A stretch of DNA of 64,000 bases from Amoebidium appalachense (Eukaryota; Protista; Ichthyosporea). Each line of letters begins with the position of its first letter. The stretch's first letter is position 1. The position numbers and the translations under genes were made by a program. Shown here piece by piece: positions 1 through 33,710 of the stretch. The notes under the pieces are model-generated. The model ran no database searches. It was not told the DNA's origin and was given only the letters and a program-made list of their open reading frames with translations. The stretch is taken from assembly GCA_963693365.1 (NCBI GenBank), contig CAVNZM010000016.1, positions 7,051,029-7,115,028 on the forward strand, in the 5' to 3' direction.

Positions 1-1069
1 CTTTGCCTCGTTGTAGTCCGCAATGGCTTTTGCGTAAACCGGCGCTAGCCGCTGTGTGAGGAGGGGCTCGGGCATGCCCCGCAAGTAGCGCATGAGCGCA
101 TTGCTGACGTCATGAATCGCTGCCTGGGGTTCGCCTGCCTCATTTTCAAGAAGCAGCTCGGCTGCAGCCATGCCGCCAGCATTGGGCTGTGCAGAGAAAC
201 AAAATATTAGTGTATATACGGACAGGAGCACATAAAAACCCACAACCAAAAGTATTTGTTTCACCAAGGCAGGAGGTCGCCACAACCGACTTAGACTCCG
301 GAATATCTCAAACTTATGCTTGGGGTACCTCACCTGTAAAAAGCAATTGCTGATGCCAGTAAGCAGCTCTTTTGATCGTCTGATGTTTCCGCTTTTTCGC
401 AAAATGCCCTCCACTTCCAGACCGTGCTTCTTGATAAAGTTGGCACACAACACTACCGGTGCAGGCACCAACCCCTTTGGGTCGCTCTTCTGCGCTGCCT
501 GCACATAAACGTTGGAGCATTAGCAATTATACGTTAGCAGGTCATTCTAGCACAAACGGCAAAACACAGAACACTACAACTAGAAGCTCAAACAGGTGCA
601 CGCAAACAGTTTGAGCCGCGCAGGCAAAACTTGCAAGGACTCGAGCACTTTAACACTCACAACATCATCAAGTTACAAGTACATCTGCGCATAATGCGCA
701 CACCACACACACAAATAGTCACCCACTACAATATTAACACAACTCGTTCATGCACAGAACATTCCTAAGCGGGTAGCACACCTAACATAGGTGGTGAGTT
801 CCAAAAATCCCAAGAATCACCTTGTTGAATGTCCAAGGTAATTACTGGTAGGGCAAGCTAAGCCATGCTTGATATGAGCAGGGGGCTTCCACAAGATCTG
901 TTTGCACCATTTTTCACATCTTTCGTGCCGGAATTGCTAAAGTTTGTTTCGGAGTAGAAGCTAACCTTACCTCGATTAAAGACAAGCCCACGAGTCCGTC
1001 AATTTCGCAGTTTGCTTGCTGTGGTGCTGCCCCGGATTGGGCTAGCATTGCTAGTGCTGCTGCATCCAT
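1..1069 (-). CDS. RhoGAP-domain protein, 5' part (continues beyond the left edge of the window)
   Basis: Exons 1069-971, 498-334 and 186-<1 are all phase 0 with GT..AG introns. Joined translation: MDAAALAMLAQSGAAPQQANCEIDGLVGLSLIE|AAQKSDPKGLVPAPVVLCANFIKKHGLEVEGILRKSGNIRRSKELLTGISNCFLQ|PNAGGMAAAELLLENEAGEPQAAIHDVSNALMRYLRGMPEPLLTQRL. The GLEVEGILRKSG arginine finger and HDVSNALMRYLRGMPEPLLT match the RhoGAP consensus. Confidence 0.93.
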
Positions 1070-1709
1070 GTTTGCAGCGAGCGAAAAAACGAAACCCCCG
1101 TGGATCCGTGCCCGAAAGGCTTCTGCGCAGCAATTTTGCCTAAGGCTTCCAGCAAAGTGCAGTTTTGTCCTAAGGTGCCAAATTTATACACAAAGATTAC
1201 AGCAATCAAGGGTTTAGCACGTGAAGTCTAAGTGGTTTCAGCTTTTTGCTATCATAGTGCTACATCTAATAGAGGATAGCTTTCGTGTTAGTTCAGACGG
1301 ATGCGAAGTTGGGTGCTCTGTGTCTGAACTGAAATCTTCCGTGAGCTAGTGCGTAGAGAAAAACTTTGCAATTGGGCAAGCCTTCCTAATATATTAAACT
1401 CGAGCAAAGGAGCAGCGTTCTGCTTCTGACACTCTGTTTGATCGTGCTTTTGGTTTGTTCAATAATATTGGAGAAGATCTCGAAGGATTAGCCTACGACC
1501 ATGTGGAGTGCGCAACTACAGAGGTGCCACTTCGTTCTTTTTTGCTTCACGTTGACGTTCATATAAGACCCTGAAATACGAAGGGAAAAAACTCGTAATT
1601 CTGAAAACTGTATGTAGCAAATGGAACGGTGGTTCACAGAATAGCCGAGGACAGCTCAGGACAGCTCGTGGAGTCGTGGTACAAGAAGAAAATCTCCTGC
1701 CCTCCTTTC

Positions 1710-1850
1710 AAAAGCCAATCGGAATATTAATAACTGCAAGTACAAGCCAATCCAATTGGGCTTACCTATTGGAGCAATGGGTTTAGACCAATCAAATACC
1801 TCTATCTATTTTTTCATGAGGCGCACGGTGCGGGCTGATCCAATCGGGGC
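1710..1850. promoter_or_regulatory. CCAAT-box cluster upstream of the RhoGAP gene
   Basis: agccaatc at about 1713 and 1746, accaatc at about 1788 and tccaatc at about 1839, 650-780 bp upstream of the RhoGAP ATG. Motif match only. Confidence 0.35.
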
Positions 1851-2389
1851 TGTCTTCAAGTCCAGACTTCAAGCCTTGCGCGTTCAGGGCTAGAAACAAC
1901 ATGGAAGACGTCGCCTAATTTTTCTCATAATCTTCCCTTATAAAGTGCCTCGATCTCACATTCTAAATGTGATGGGAATACATAACAAAAGAAATTTCCA
2001 AAATTTCGAGTTATCGTGTAAAAGCGAAAAATAGCAAACCCTAGGGTGTTGGGCCACCGGGGCCGTCCATCAGGCGACGTCGAATTTAACACCCCGGGGG
2101 CCGCAGCCGTGCACCCGCACATGTACATGTGGCATCACAGCTGCACCTAGTGGCGTCTAATCCAACATCTACATTCTCTGACAAGCAAAAAGAAAGGAGA
2201 CATAAGACATAAGTTGTGCATGAGGTGCGCATGCCCGCACGCACGCACGCACGCACGCACACATATGCATACGTACGACCAAAAGGTGCACTCGACCGTG
2301 CTGCACGGATATCCGAGTGTCGAGTGTCGACACCTCGAGCTCGAGCTCTAGAGCTTTGGCAGATCTAACTAATCTAGATCGACCAGTGC

Positions 2390-2534
2390 AGCACACACAT
2401 ACACACACAGACACAGACACGAACACAAACCGTGACACACACACACACACACAGTGTCACACGCCACTCAGACACACACACGCCACACACACACACACAC
2501 ACGCACACACACACACACACACACAGTGTCACAC

Positions 2535-2616
<82 letters not shown>

Positions 2617-2720
2617 GTGATCAATACACACGTGCACACGCACACACACACACACACACACACATGTACGTACACACACACAGCGTCACGCACACACACA
2701 TACACACACACACGCACAAA
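2390..2720 (+). repeat. interrupted (CA)n microsatellite, intergenic
   Basis: Directly visible dinucleotide tract. Confidence 0.9.
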
Positions 2721-3717
2721 ATTTTTAAACAAACACACACGCCGTATGTACATAAAGCACCATATATATATGGTATACACTACTCTATTGATCACTAATT
2801 AATTTTAAAAAATTAGCAAGCACGGTGTCATATATGCATGGGCACCGATGCCATGGCCACACCGCGGCTCACTTTTGTATACGTGCATGTGAAACAGAGA
2901 AGGGATATCAAGCTACAAGGAATAGCAAATTTATCATTGCCATGTCCACATGCATATGATATGTAGACACGGGGTTTACGCTGTTTAATAATTTGTTTGA
3001 GTGAAGATCATATGATCATGCACACATGTATACGTACACGAGCCATGGCCAAGCAAGAGAGTGCCGCATTCAGCAAAATATTTTACACTTTACTGACAGT
3101 ATGTATCAGAGTACCACCACACTGGCTTATTATCTTCAGAGAACTCCCGGTACATTCAACACCCACCTACTTTTTCCGTTTCGATTTTTTGCCAACAACA
3201 ATAAAATAACAACAATAACCATTCGAGTGGTAAGGCCATTTATGATTAGGTGCCTTGATAAAACCCAGCATTCGAAATAATCCCATCTGTTGCTCGTTAT
3301 GTTTCAGAAGAACATAAACTGAAAATCTCATATTTAAATTGTCATCCTATGATAGCTAGACCTAGTAGAGCCTGACTACCTATACATAATGCAAGGAAGC
3401 ATTCGGAGACTCCCCCCCCCCCCTCCCCCCCCCCCCCCCCCCCCCCCCCTCCCCTCCCCCCCACCACCCACCCACTTCAATACCATATGAGGTCAGCACT
3501 GCTTTTAGTCACCAATGCAACTCACCATCTACATTAGATTTCCCAACACTGCCTCCAACACTAGAAAGTTCGAACAACCTATACACAAGCTAGATGATGT
3601 TATGTACATATAAAGCTCACATCATGTAACAGGCAACATTGTTTGAATGCAGTACATACTGTTCGTGCTTTAAACACACATCACAAACACGTGAGACACA
3701 CACACACACACACACGC

Positions 3718-3754
<37 letters not shown>

Positions 3755-3764
3755 ACGTGCGTGA

Positions 3765-22891
<19,127 letters not shown>

Positions 22892-22924
22892 TTTTTTTAC
22901 GTTGTAGCTCTCACGTGTTATGGT

Positions 22925-22964
<40 letters not shown>

Positions 22965-23819
22965 GATGGGAATGGGTGGTGTGGGAGTGTGATGGAATAG
23001 TGTGTGTGGTATGTGTGGGCTATGACCCGCTTAATACCAGAATGCATGCAACTACAAGGACAGGCATGCACGTTTAGGGTTAAGCAAAGAACACTCCTTG
23101 GTTCTATGACCTAGCCCCGTGTCCCCTTGTTGGGCAACTCTAGGAAGCAAGTTGCCCGTTTTCTTTCGTTTGGATTCTCCACTGAGTGAGCTTGTTGTGC
23201 GGATTTGTTTATTTTCCCAACATTCCAAGGGAGATGTCAGGATCTGATTGGTTAGATGAAGAAAATGGTTATGATCCCGCCGTTTTCGGTACATTCGCTG
23301 TTTTTGGTTTGATTTTTATAAAACTTATACAATTCTTCCCCGAATTTTCTTACACAGATACAATTATATGGAAGTTTATAAAAACTGGTTACAGTTTGGG
23401 TGTTACATGAATTGTTACATCAGCCTCAACGCTTGATGACTTCTCAGTAAAGCCTTGCTGAGCCCTTGAGGAATTTGGACCCCCGGGCTTTCCCCATATC
23501 ATTGGCCAGTGTCAGATCTATTTATCCAGTCATAATTCTGGATCTAGTTCATTCATCTGCCCGGGATCGCCCAGATATTTGACGTCAATATGGCGTCACT
23601 TGGGTTGCGCAATTGGCGGGCAGCGCACCCGTTATCGTTATAACGACCCAAGTAACGGAACTCTAACGTTCAACCGCACACACAAACCGTTTTGAAAAAG
23701 TAGGACAGAGAGCGAGAGAGAAAGGAGTTGTTGAGAGCAGGGAAAATAGGAGAAAATAGGTGATTCTCTTGAATATTATCATGAGATCTGTTTTGGGAAA
23801 GATGTTTAGGTAGTAAAAC
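22892..23819. promoter_or_regulatory. probable bidirectional promoter between the MscS-like gene and the divergent plus-strand gene
   Basis: Head-to-head ATGs about 930 bp apart. The core is free of microsatellites and has ATTGG boxes (about 23247, 23501, 23612) and a TGACGTCA palindrome (23580-23587). Confidence 0.55.
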
Positions 23820-26302
23820 ATGGCATGTTTCGAGGGCAGGAAAAGGGCGGGAGTCAACCGGGAGGAAGAGGTTGCACCTAACCCAGCCCGCCTAGCTCAG
23901 TTTTATGCGCGGTTTATAAGGGGAGAGAGCTTAGCAGCACACACCACCTTCGCAGCCCAATTCCCCCACCAAACGGGTGGACAGACTCAAGGATTCTACC
24001 CTGTGTTTCCGTCTCTACCACAACCAATTCCCAGTTCTGCACCGTCTCACCCCACGCGAACCACACACAGCTCTTCCACCCCTGCACCAAAACCAGGTGT
24101 CTATTCACACACACCCAAACAGGCATATTCACAACCACAACAAACGATAAACAGGGCGTTTTCCGTTCCGAGGCACGTCGAAAATGCACCAGCAGGGGGG
24201 TCTTTTAAAGCGCCAACCTACCAGCCACCACTGGCACATCGGTTAGGGGTCCAAGCCACACGTCCGCCGAAAAATCCTCCCAAGCACACAGGCAGTTTCC
24301 GTTCCACGCCTAGCGGCAAAATCCATAGCACCCGTGACACAGCCAGTCAATAACCCCTCACCAATGCCTGTAAATTCGACTGCCCGTGTTGGCATCAGCC
24401 CCGAATGGTTAAGCAAGGGGAGTGATTCTGTGCCTATACAACCCAAGGGTGCATGTTTACAAAACTCTCAACCGAAAACTGCAACGGATAAGCTAGCATC
24501 CTCTCAAACTGGCACCACGCGACTACACATGGCACAGCAGCATTCTTTGGTGAAAGCAAAGGCATCTTCAACGGGACGACCGATAATTCCCCGGCCATTT
24601 GACGTCAAACCTGCCCCTCTTGCACCAAGCAGCCATCCACGCCAAGAACTCTCCCAACCACACACCAAACCACACATCAAGCCACAACCACAACCAGCAC
24701 CACCACAACCAGCACTCACACAACGACAACCACAACCAGACCCAGCCAAGCAAAGGCCCAACGAAACAACACAAGCACCTACAAGGCAAGCCACAACCCC
24801 GCCCCTTATCCCCATCCCTATACATGCCGACCCAGCACGAAATCACCCCATACCCACAACACCACCAACAACAGCCTCGCTCCCCTCAACAACCTCGCAA
24901 CCCTCGCCCCCAACTCCACCTATTTCCACCACACCCATTCCTACACCCCTCCTACCGCACAACACACCCAGCCACCAACTACCACCACCCATTCCACCCG
25001 CAAGTGTGCCTGCTGCAACCCCATCACCACCCCATCCACCAACCAAGCCAACTCCGCCGGTTCCATGTGCAGAGGCTAATACCGACCTCGCTGTTGCCAC
25101 AAAACCAACACTGGGAGGGAATGATGAAAGGGAAAATCATTCGAGTTCCGATAGTGATTCGAATACGAGCAGCAGCGATGGAAAAACATCACTTTGCACA
25201 TCGCCACCACCAGGCAAATTTGACGAATGGGAAACGAAACGAACGGAGGAGTCGCAGAAACGAAAGTCGGGTGGGCTCGCATCGATGTTTGCCAACAAGG
25301 GGAAACGTGTTCTGAAAACCGCACAGAGAAGGGAGAGTAGAGAGAAAGCACAGGCGAGCGACGGAGAAACAAAATCAGAAACGGAAAAGAAAGAAGAAGG
25401 GGTTGACGGGTGGACGTCTCTATTCGGCAGGGCAGGGAACACGCCTGCACCCACGCCAAAATCACGCATTCCCTCTGTTGTCCCGTCGACAACGGCAGAG
25501 AGAAAACCCCTTTCTTCTGTGTTTGCTGCTCCCTCCCCCTTCACGACAACGCCAAAACCAAGGGGTTCTGTTTCGACGGAAACGAAACGAAAGTCGGTGA
25601 AGTTTACGCCGTTGGCTGGGTTGGGAGGGAGCGCGAGTAGAAAACGAAACCTGTCCGAGTTTGATTTTGAGGAGGAGGGAGGGGAGAAGCCTTCAAAGGC
25701 ACAGCGGGTGGAGGTGGAGGAAGGTGGGTGAAGGGGAGGAAGGGAGGGGAGGGTGGAGGGAGGGGAGGGGGAGGGGGGGATTTAGCTACTTTGGTGTGTG
25801 CTGGGATCTTGAGGAAAAGGGGTGGGGTGGGGTGGGGGGGGGGCGGTTGGGGGCAGGAGGAAAGGAGGGGGGGGAGGGAGGGGGGATGGGGACAGGACGG
25901 GTGTGTGCACGACAGCACAAGATGAGATGGGTGTGTTTGGAGCAGATAGACGGGGGTGGGGAGAGCGGCAGAAGGGGGAGGGGGGGGGGGGGAGGCATAG
26001 CTTTGCTGCAGATGTGCATCAATTCAAGTCGGTGTCGGTGGTTGGGGTCCGGTGTGTGTGTGGATGGGTGGGTGGGGGGAGGGGGGGGGAAGAGGGGTCA
26101 TTACGGTCATGTGCACATTTTTTTTGTGCTATGATTGTTGGGATGTTAGTAATTTTGCTAGGGGGCAATCAGTGGTTATGGGGGCAAAGAAAGCAGTGGA
26201 TGGGTAGAGAGAGAATTTAGAGCAGGGCACGGGCTTAGAAAAAACACGTACATGCATCACGGGTGTTCTCTCCGATTGTGGGTGGGTGTGTGTGTGTGTT
26301 TG

Positions 26303-26337
<35 letters not shown>

Positions 26338-26446
26338 ATGTGTGTGTGTGTGTGTGTGTTTGCATGTGTATGTGTGTGTGTGTGTGTGTTTGCATGTGTG
26401 TGTGTGCGTGCGTGCATGTGTGTGTGTGTGTGTGTGTGTGTTTGCA

Positions 26447-26477
<31 letters not shown>

Positions 26478-26534
26478 ATCTGTGTGTGTGTGTGCGTGCA
26501 TGTGTGTGTGCGTGCATGTGTGTGTGTGCGTGCA

Positions 26535-26566
<32 letters not shown>

Positions 26567-26574
26567 CGTGCATG

Positions 26575-26650
<76 letters not shown>

Positions 26651-26946
26651 ATGCGAGTGTGTGTCTGGTGACTGTATCTGTGATGATTAGCACTGACCAA
26701 TCATATGTTACCCCATATGCCCAGTCTTTAGGGTCGTATGAGTGTGTGTTGTTGCTCTCACGTGTGTTGCTTTGAAAAATTCTAACCTACACTTCTCCCA
26801 ACTCTCCTCCCCCCACTCCTCCCCTTCCCTCCCCCCCCCCCCCCCCCCCCCCTTCCACCCCTTTCCACCTCCTCTTTTGCCTCCCCTCACCTCCCTCCCT
26901 ACCTTACCACATACACTCCCCTCCCCCCCCCTCCCCTCCCCACCTC

Positions 26947-27008
<62 letters not shown>

Positions 27009-27419
27009 CTTCCCCACAGCTGCCCCCCGTAGCACCTTTTCCACACCTGTTCGGAGACCACCAGCCTTTCCCTCTGCTTGGTTTTCGGTAACTCCCCCCG
27101 TGGGCCCCCCTTGAGGATGGGCTCTGCTTATTATGCATACTCTTTATGTATGGCTTGCATTCTGCATTGTGTTATCCGTTTGTTCTTGTGTACTTCGTAC
27201 TTTTTGACGCATTCAACCCCCCCCCCCCCCCCCGCCCCCCCTCTCCCCTCCTCCCCCCCCTCCCTCTCTCCCTCTACTCGCAGCGCGGGCACACCCACAC
27301 ACAAACACACAAATTCATGCACATGCTGCACGCGCATACACACACCTGCACGCATATACACACGCTCGTGCACTCACGCACGCACGGGTGCACACACGTA
27401 CATGGATGCACTTACTCAT

Positions 27420-27456
<37 letters not shown>

Positions 27457-27609
27457 CGCACGCGCACACACAATTGCATCCACACACACGCACACACATC
27501 CCGGCACGCACTCGCACACATTTACATTTACACACTACTTGCACACACGTACACACATTCACACACAAACCACTCACACATACATTACCCCCCCCCCCCC
27601 CCCCCCCCC

Positions 27610-27667
<58 letters not shown>

Positions 27668-27927
27668 ATCCCCCTCCCCCTCTCCTTCCCCCGCACACAC
27701 ATACACAAATAGCTGGGCGGATTTGCACATGCACTGATGTGCCTGTTATACTTCTAGTCCTTTTTCATACCCTTGGGCCAGTCATGACACACATATGCTA
27801 GGTGTTTAGACGTCGGAAATGAATAGAACAAAAGACACACGCAATGGTTTGGTTAAGTAACGGCAAGGAACATGGAAATGACAGTTCAAGTTTTTTGTTT
27901 TTTTTTTCTTTTGGTTTTTTTTTTTTT

Positions 27928-27958
<31 letters not shown>

Positions 27959-28185
27959 GGGGGTGCAAGCCTTATACAAGGGCTCACACTTTGATTTACA
28001 GGGGTACGAGCAGACAGATGAGACAGAGGGGGGTGCGGGTGTGCCCACGGAACACACACTATCTGCCCAACCTGCAGCCAATACACGGCCCATGCTGCCT
28101 TTTACCTTCGATGCATCCAGTGGCGAGGAGAGTGATCACGTATGCTGACCATTTACACCCCCACCCCCTCTACCCCACCCCACAC

Positions 28186-28247
<62 letters not shown>

Positions 28248-29005
28248 ACACATACACACACACACACACACATACACACACATACACACACACACACACA
28301 CATACACACACACGCGCGCACGCACACACTAATCCCCACCCCCTCCCCCCCTCCCCCCCCCTCCCCCTCCCCCTCCCCCCTCCCCCTCCCCCTCCCCCTT
28401 CCCCCCTATCTTCTCCCACACGCGCACCTTGGCCCTGCCCCAACGCGCACTCACACATTTCTCTCTCTTCTCTCTCTTTTTCTCCCCCTCTCACCACCTT
28501 CTCGCTTTCTCTTGCACCGTCTTTCTTTCTTCTTTCCCGCCTTCGTTATTCCCGTCTCCCTTTGTCTTCTCCCCCCCCCCCTTCCCCCCCCCCCTCCCCC
28601 CCTCCCCCCCTCCTCTCCCGATCTCTCTTTCTCCCCTGCACGCACAGTGTCACATATGCATGCATATCTATGCGACACCCTCTTTCTCTCTCCCTCTCTT
28701 CACATCCCCCCCCCCCCCCCCCCCCCCCCCCCCCGCCGCCCTCCCTCCTTCTCATCCCTTTTCCCTCTTCATTTCCTTCCCCTTCCCCCCCCCCCCCCCC
28801 CCCCCCCCCCCCTCTCTCTCCCCCTCGTCCTAGTCACGTCCCCGGTCCCTCTCCCTTTTTCGCCTTCTCCCCCTCCCCCCCCCCCCCCTCCTCCTCCCCT
28901 CTCCCTTCCTTCCTCTCCTTGCCCGCTCGTTCTGTTGCTCGCACTCCCCCCCCCTCCCTTGTCTCTCTCTACCTCCCCTACAAGCACACACACGATACTT
29001 GTTCA

Positions 29006-29059
<54 letters not shown>

Positions 29060-29145
29060 ACACCTTCACCGTTTCTCCCACTGCTCCCTCCACTATACCA
29101 CACAACAGGCAGGGTGGGAGGGGGCAGAAAACAGAGACCCCTTAT

Positions 29146-29202
<57 letters not shown>

Positions 29203-29212
29203 ACCCCCCCCC

Positions 29213-29243
<31 letters not shown>

Positions 29244-29732
29244 ACACACTTCCTGCCCGTTTTTTCCCGTTTAACGATCAGTCAGTTATCATGCCAACGG
29301 CCTTTATCGTTTTGGTAGGCACTATGACACACCGGAGTGCTAGTCCAAGAGCACACGCACACACCCACTCACACACACACACATACACAGGACGGGGACC
29401 ATCTAGGCCTTCAGCAAGAAATCAGCCGTCTTGCCTCTCTCCTCACCGCCAAACCAAAAGACACACCTCTGCCCTCCTCCCAAAACTCCCACCTCTCCTT
29501 CCACCTATCGGATGAAGAAGATGACCCACCAATCAACGAGGCCCCCACCTTACCAAACAAGGAAAGAGAGGAGGAAGGGGGGGTGGTTTCGGGGGCAAAA
29601 AACGGGAAACCCCAGCCGGGAGTGAAGGGGAACCTCGGCTGGATTGTGTTTGATGGGGAAGGGGAGGGGGATGAGGAGGGAAAGGAGAATGTCGACATGA
29701 GGGGAGGAGGAGTGGTGGTACCTGCCGTGAAG
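23820..29732 (+). CDS. disordered Pro/Ser/Thr/Gln-rich protein with SxIP, RVxF, NLS-like and KEN motifs; last exon unresolved; one apparent frameshift near 24270
   Basis: Long first exon 23820-25723: ORFs 23820-24353 and 24334-25731 join if one A is removed from the A5 run at 24270-24274. Then phase-consistent exons 27020-27087 (AAPRSTFSTPVRRPP), 28002-28139 (GYEQTDE..SSGEESDH) and 29391-29732 (DGDHLGLQQEISRL..GKENVD..PAVK). A terminal exon may start near 30585-30592. No globular domain recognised. Confidence 0.7.
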
Positions 29733-30031
29733 GTCTGGTGGTGTGTCTGCAGTGCTCTGTTTGTTGGGGCGTATATATAGCATGCATGGAGCGTAGGCCC
29801 GGAGAGGGGGAGGGGGATTACGGGCTGTGGGTGTGGTAGGCACGATGTGTGCTTTTACACGTGTGTTTACGGGTAGGCGGAGGCGGAGTGCAGGGATCGT
29901 GCGCGGATGGTTCGCTGTGGTGTGAAAATTGCTTTTGATTGTTGCGTTGTGGGCGGGCGCGTGTGTGAGTGGTGTGTGCGCGTGCGCGTGTGCGTGTTGC
30001 TGTGTGTGTATGGGTGTGTGGCATTCTTCCC

Positions 30032-30084
<53 letters not shown>

Positions 30085-30161
30085 TTCCGGGGGAGGGGGG
30101 GGGGGAGGATGGGAGAGGAGAATAATCTATGCCTAGCTAAAGCATGGCCCTGTCACACCTG

Positions 30162-30202
<41 letters not shown>

Positions 30203-30432
30203 ACGATTCACATGCAGAGAGGAGGCCCAGGCACTTGTGCATGCACAGGCATGGTCGATACCATTGCCGTTAGGTTAAAGGTCTTATGCTAATCTGAACA
30301 CCCTGCCCACTCTGCTTACAGGACAAACATGTACTAACAGTAAAGCAAGTGTATGAATAACACACGCACATACTCCCTAGGCATGTATGGGCACGCTTCG
30401 TTCAGCTTGCGTTTGTGTGTGTGTCTGTGTGT

Positions 30433-30470
<38 letters not shown>

Positions 30471-32055
30471 ATGTGTATGTGTGCGTGTGCGTGTGTGTAT
30501 GTATGTGTGCTTGTGCTTGTGGGTGCTTGTGGGTGCTTGTGGGTGTGTGGGTGTGTGTGGGTGCATGTTATGTGTGTGTTGGAGCTCCAAGGTGGTATCC
30601 AAGTGAAGTGGAATAGGCGAAGTAGACATAGCCTGGTTAATAATGGAACGTTATTGACGAAAGATGTTGCCGGGGCAGGGTGGACCTATGAGGGCTACGT
30701 GGCTGCTGCAGATATCCGTCAACTGCCGGTGACACGAGATTCCTGTATTTTTGCTTCCGTTTTTTGATATTCGAGTCTTAGCGATGATCGGTTTGCTGCA
30801 CTGATTGAGAGATGGGGGAAGGGAGCGAGGGGGAGGGGGAGGGGGGGGGGTCTGGCATGAAGTAATAGTCTATAAGCTTCTTTTTCTTCTTGTTTCTTTT
30901 TTCTTTCTCTTTTTTTTTCTCTCCTTTTCAGTGAGAGAAGGCCCGCGGGGGGGGGGGGGGGGGGATCTGTTTTTTTGAATTGAATTAGGGGGTTTAGATT
31001 AGTTATGTCTATGCTGCCAATGACTTCATTCTCAATGCGGTTACAGAGAATACGTAGCCTGCCAGATGAAAGAGGTGTATATTGAGGTAACGCTTGCCAG
31101 AGTGGTGGCAAAAATGTGCTATGATGCATATGGGAGTGTACAGTGCTGATAATGGGGTATACTGGTTTTTACTTTTGAGTCTGTTGGAGTTCTGAATGAA
31201 TGGAAAGAACTGATGAATAATATATTGTTAAGTCTGCCATTGGTGTTTAAAATTTTGCTGTTCCCTGTTCAATGATGATAGAATTTGTGATAGCCTTAGG
31301 GCTCGGGGTGCACATCACCTGCTTGATTTGAGATGTCAATTGCAATGACATACTGGAAACTTTACTATGCAATATGCATGTGGCGTACAGCTGATGATCG
31401 TGCACTATCATATCAGAGGGTGTGGTAGGGCATGGATGTGCGTGTACGTGTGCACACGCACATACGCAGACGATTGCAAGCCTGTGTGTGACACTGCTAT
31501 TAGCTAGAACACGCCTGTGATTTGGTACGATGGCAGACATCATGAAGTGTACACGCCCTTTGGTACGGTACCAGTGGTAATCTTTATTTGCAATTATGCT
31601 TGGCTGGAACATATGTCATCGTGATAACACACTTGCCTGTACAGGAACGTGTACTGGGGTGTGTTTGGCCGCATGTGAGGATGTTTGTCCCCGCCTTTAA
31701 ATTCCCAACATGTTATAGACCGTGTAAACCCATGGGTGGTATACTTAGAGGTGGTTTGCACTGGGATGCGTGCATGTGTTAACGTTTCGTGTGCTAATGT
31801 GCTTGGCAACAGTGGTCTTTAGGCCTGTTCTTACATGGCATTGTACTCCCAATGTGGTGCTTGCGGTATGAATTTTACCGTGCCCGTGCGTGCCTGTGTG
31901 CAGATGCACATGCAGATGCCCCCTAAGTGCACGGGGTATTTGCATTGCGACGTGTGCTTAGCTTTCAATGTGAAATCAGAAACATGCGGGTGTGTGTGTG
32001 GTGATTCGAAGGGAGGGTTAGAAGAACGGAGGAGAGGATGCTGCATCGGGAGTGT

Positions 32056-32086
<31 letters not shown>

Positions 32087-32908
32087 GAGGATGTGTGTAT
32101 GTGTGTGTGTGTCGCTTGTGTGTGTGTACACCGTAAGAAGGTAAGGGTGGGTGGGGAGAGGGGGGGGGGGGGGGGGGGGGGAGGGGGGAGGGGGGCTTTG
32201 CGATTCTCGACCGTGAGCTGGTGGCAGCCTATGCAGACTTCTAAGTAAATTTTGCAGTTTATTCTTAGCACAGTCGAATTAGAGCAATTTAAATTGAAGG
32301 GATCTAGGAAATCGTTAGTGCTGCGGGGACAAATCCCACACCGTGCCCCTCTGAAAGAGCACTCAATGACATACAAGTATTGTAAGTGTACAGGTTAATA
32401 CACATTCTACAGGTCTGCAAATGGCAACAATTTTAACCCCTATTAGCAAGTGGCTAGATATGTTATTCATATCCATATGGAAAACGCTTGGAAAAGTGGA
32501 TCGATATTCTAGAAGAAATTGAAGAGGAGTCGGACTTCCAACAATATATGGAAAGCACTTTGGAGAGTGTATGCATATTCTAATATTGAAAAGAAACTGG
32601 GAATTCCAGAAAAAATTAAAGTGAAATCGGAAAAGCTAACAAATCGGAAAAACTAACAAAACGTAAAAACTAACAAAAAGGCAACCAAGTTGAATCAGGG
32701 AGCCGGGGGGAAGGCCTATCGTGCATGCTCTTTAAAGAAAAGTACAAGGATAAAAGACTTGTCATTCACACACATTTAATTCTGCAATACACATGTCTAA
32801 AAACCGCCACCTTTAATTTAGCCTTCCCTTAAAGCCAATCAAAAAATACCATCCATGCACATATATTCACCAAATATATGCATCCCGTGTACAAAAAATA
32901 GCAGCCAA

Positions 32909-33677
32909 TCAGGCGGCGGCAACCTGTGTGGGCTGGACCTTCTTCTCCCTTCTGAACATACCAGTAAGGCTCTTCATCAGTCTTCGCCCCACACCCCCCT
33001 CTCCCTCCTTTTTCTTCTCCTCGGGGGCGGTGGCTGGGGCGGGGACTGGCGCGGCTGCTTCAGGCTCCTGTGGGGGGAAAAGAAAACGTGAGAATAAATT
33101 AATAATATTCTTGATTTCTATGAAAAATATTGTTGGTGGGTGAGACCATGAGGAGTTGTGTGTGTGTGTGTGAGCGGATGGGTGTGTGGGTGAGGGTGGT
33201 GGCGGTGGCGGTGGCGGTGGCAGTGGTGGTGGTGGTGGTGGGGGGGGGGGGGGGGGGGGGGGGGGGATTAGGAAGGGAGGGGTGTACATTGTGGCAAGAA
33301 TGTTTTGCGCAGTTGTGCAGGAGGGGGCGTATGAACAAGAGAACAGAGGCACGTTCCAACTAATACTAGACCTAAGCAGGACACACACGGGGAACTGCCC
33401 TGTGTGTGTGAGTGTGTGTGTGTGTGTGTCTCTGGGTGCATGCCACGGCACACGTTACCCACAACAGGGATTTTTGAAATATGCCCGGACACACATCATG
33501 TTGACTTCTGTGCTTCACGCACAGGTGCACACAGAAACACCCGCACAAGTAACCCCCATGAACTTGCACATACACACACAAATGAAACCAATAAATGCAC
33601 AAACACACTCACACACATGCGCACGTGCACTCGCGCACCCGCGGGCGCGCGTCCGCGCACGCACATACAGGCACACG

Positions 33678-33710
<33 letters not shown>

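Noticed and set aside
30585-31090. Terminal exon(s) of the plus-strand gene ([13 protein letters not shown].. or VVSK*)
   Set aside because: The acceptor is ambiguous (GAG versus AAG) and there is no homology cue, so it is left unresolved.
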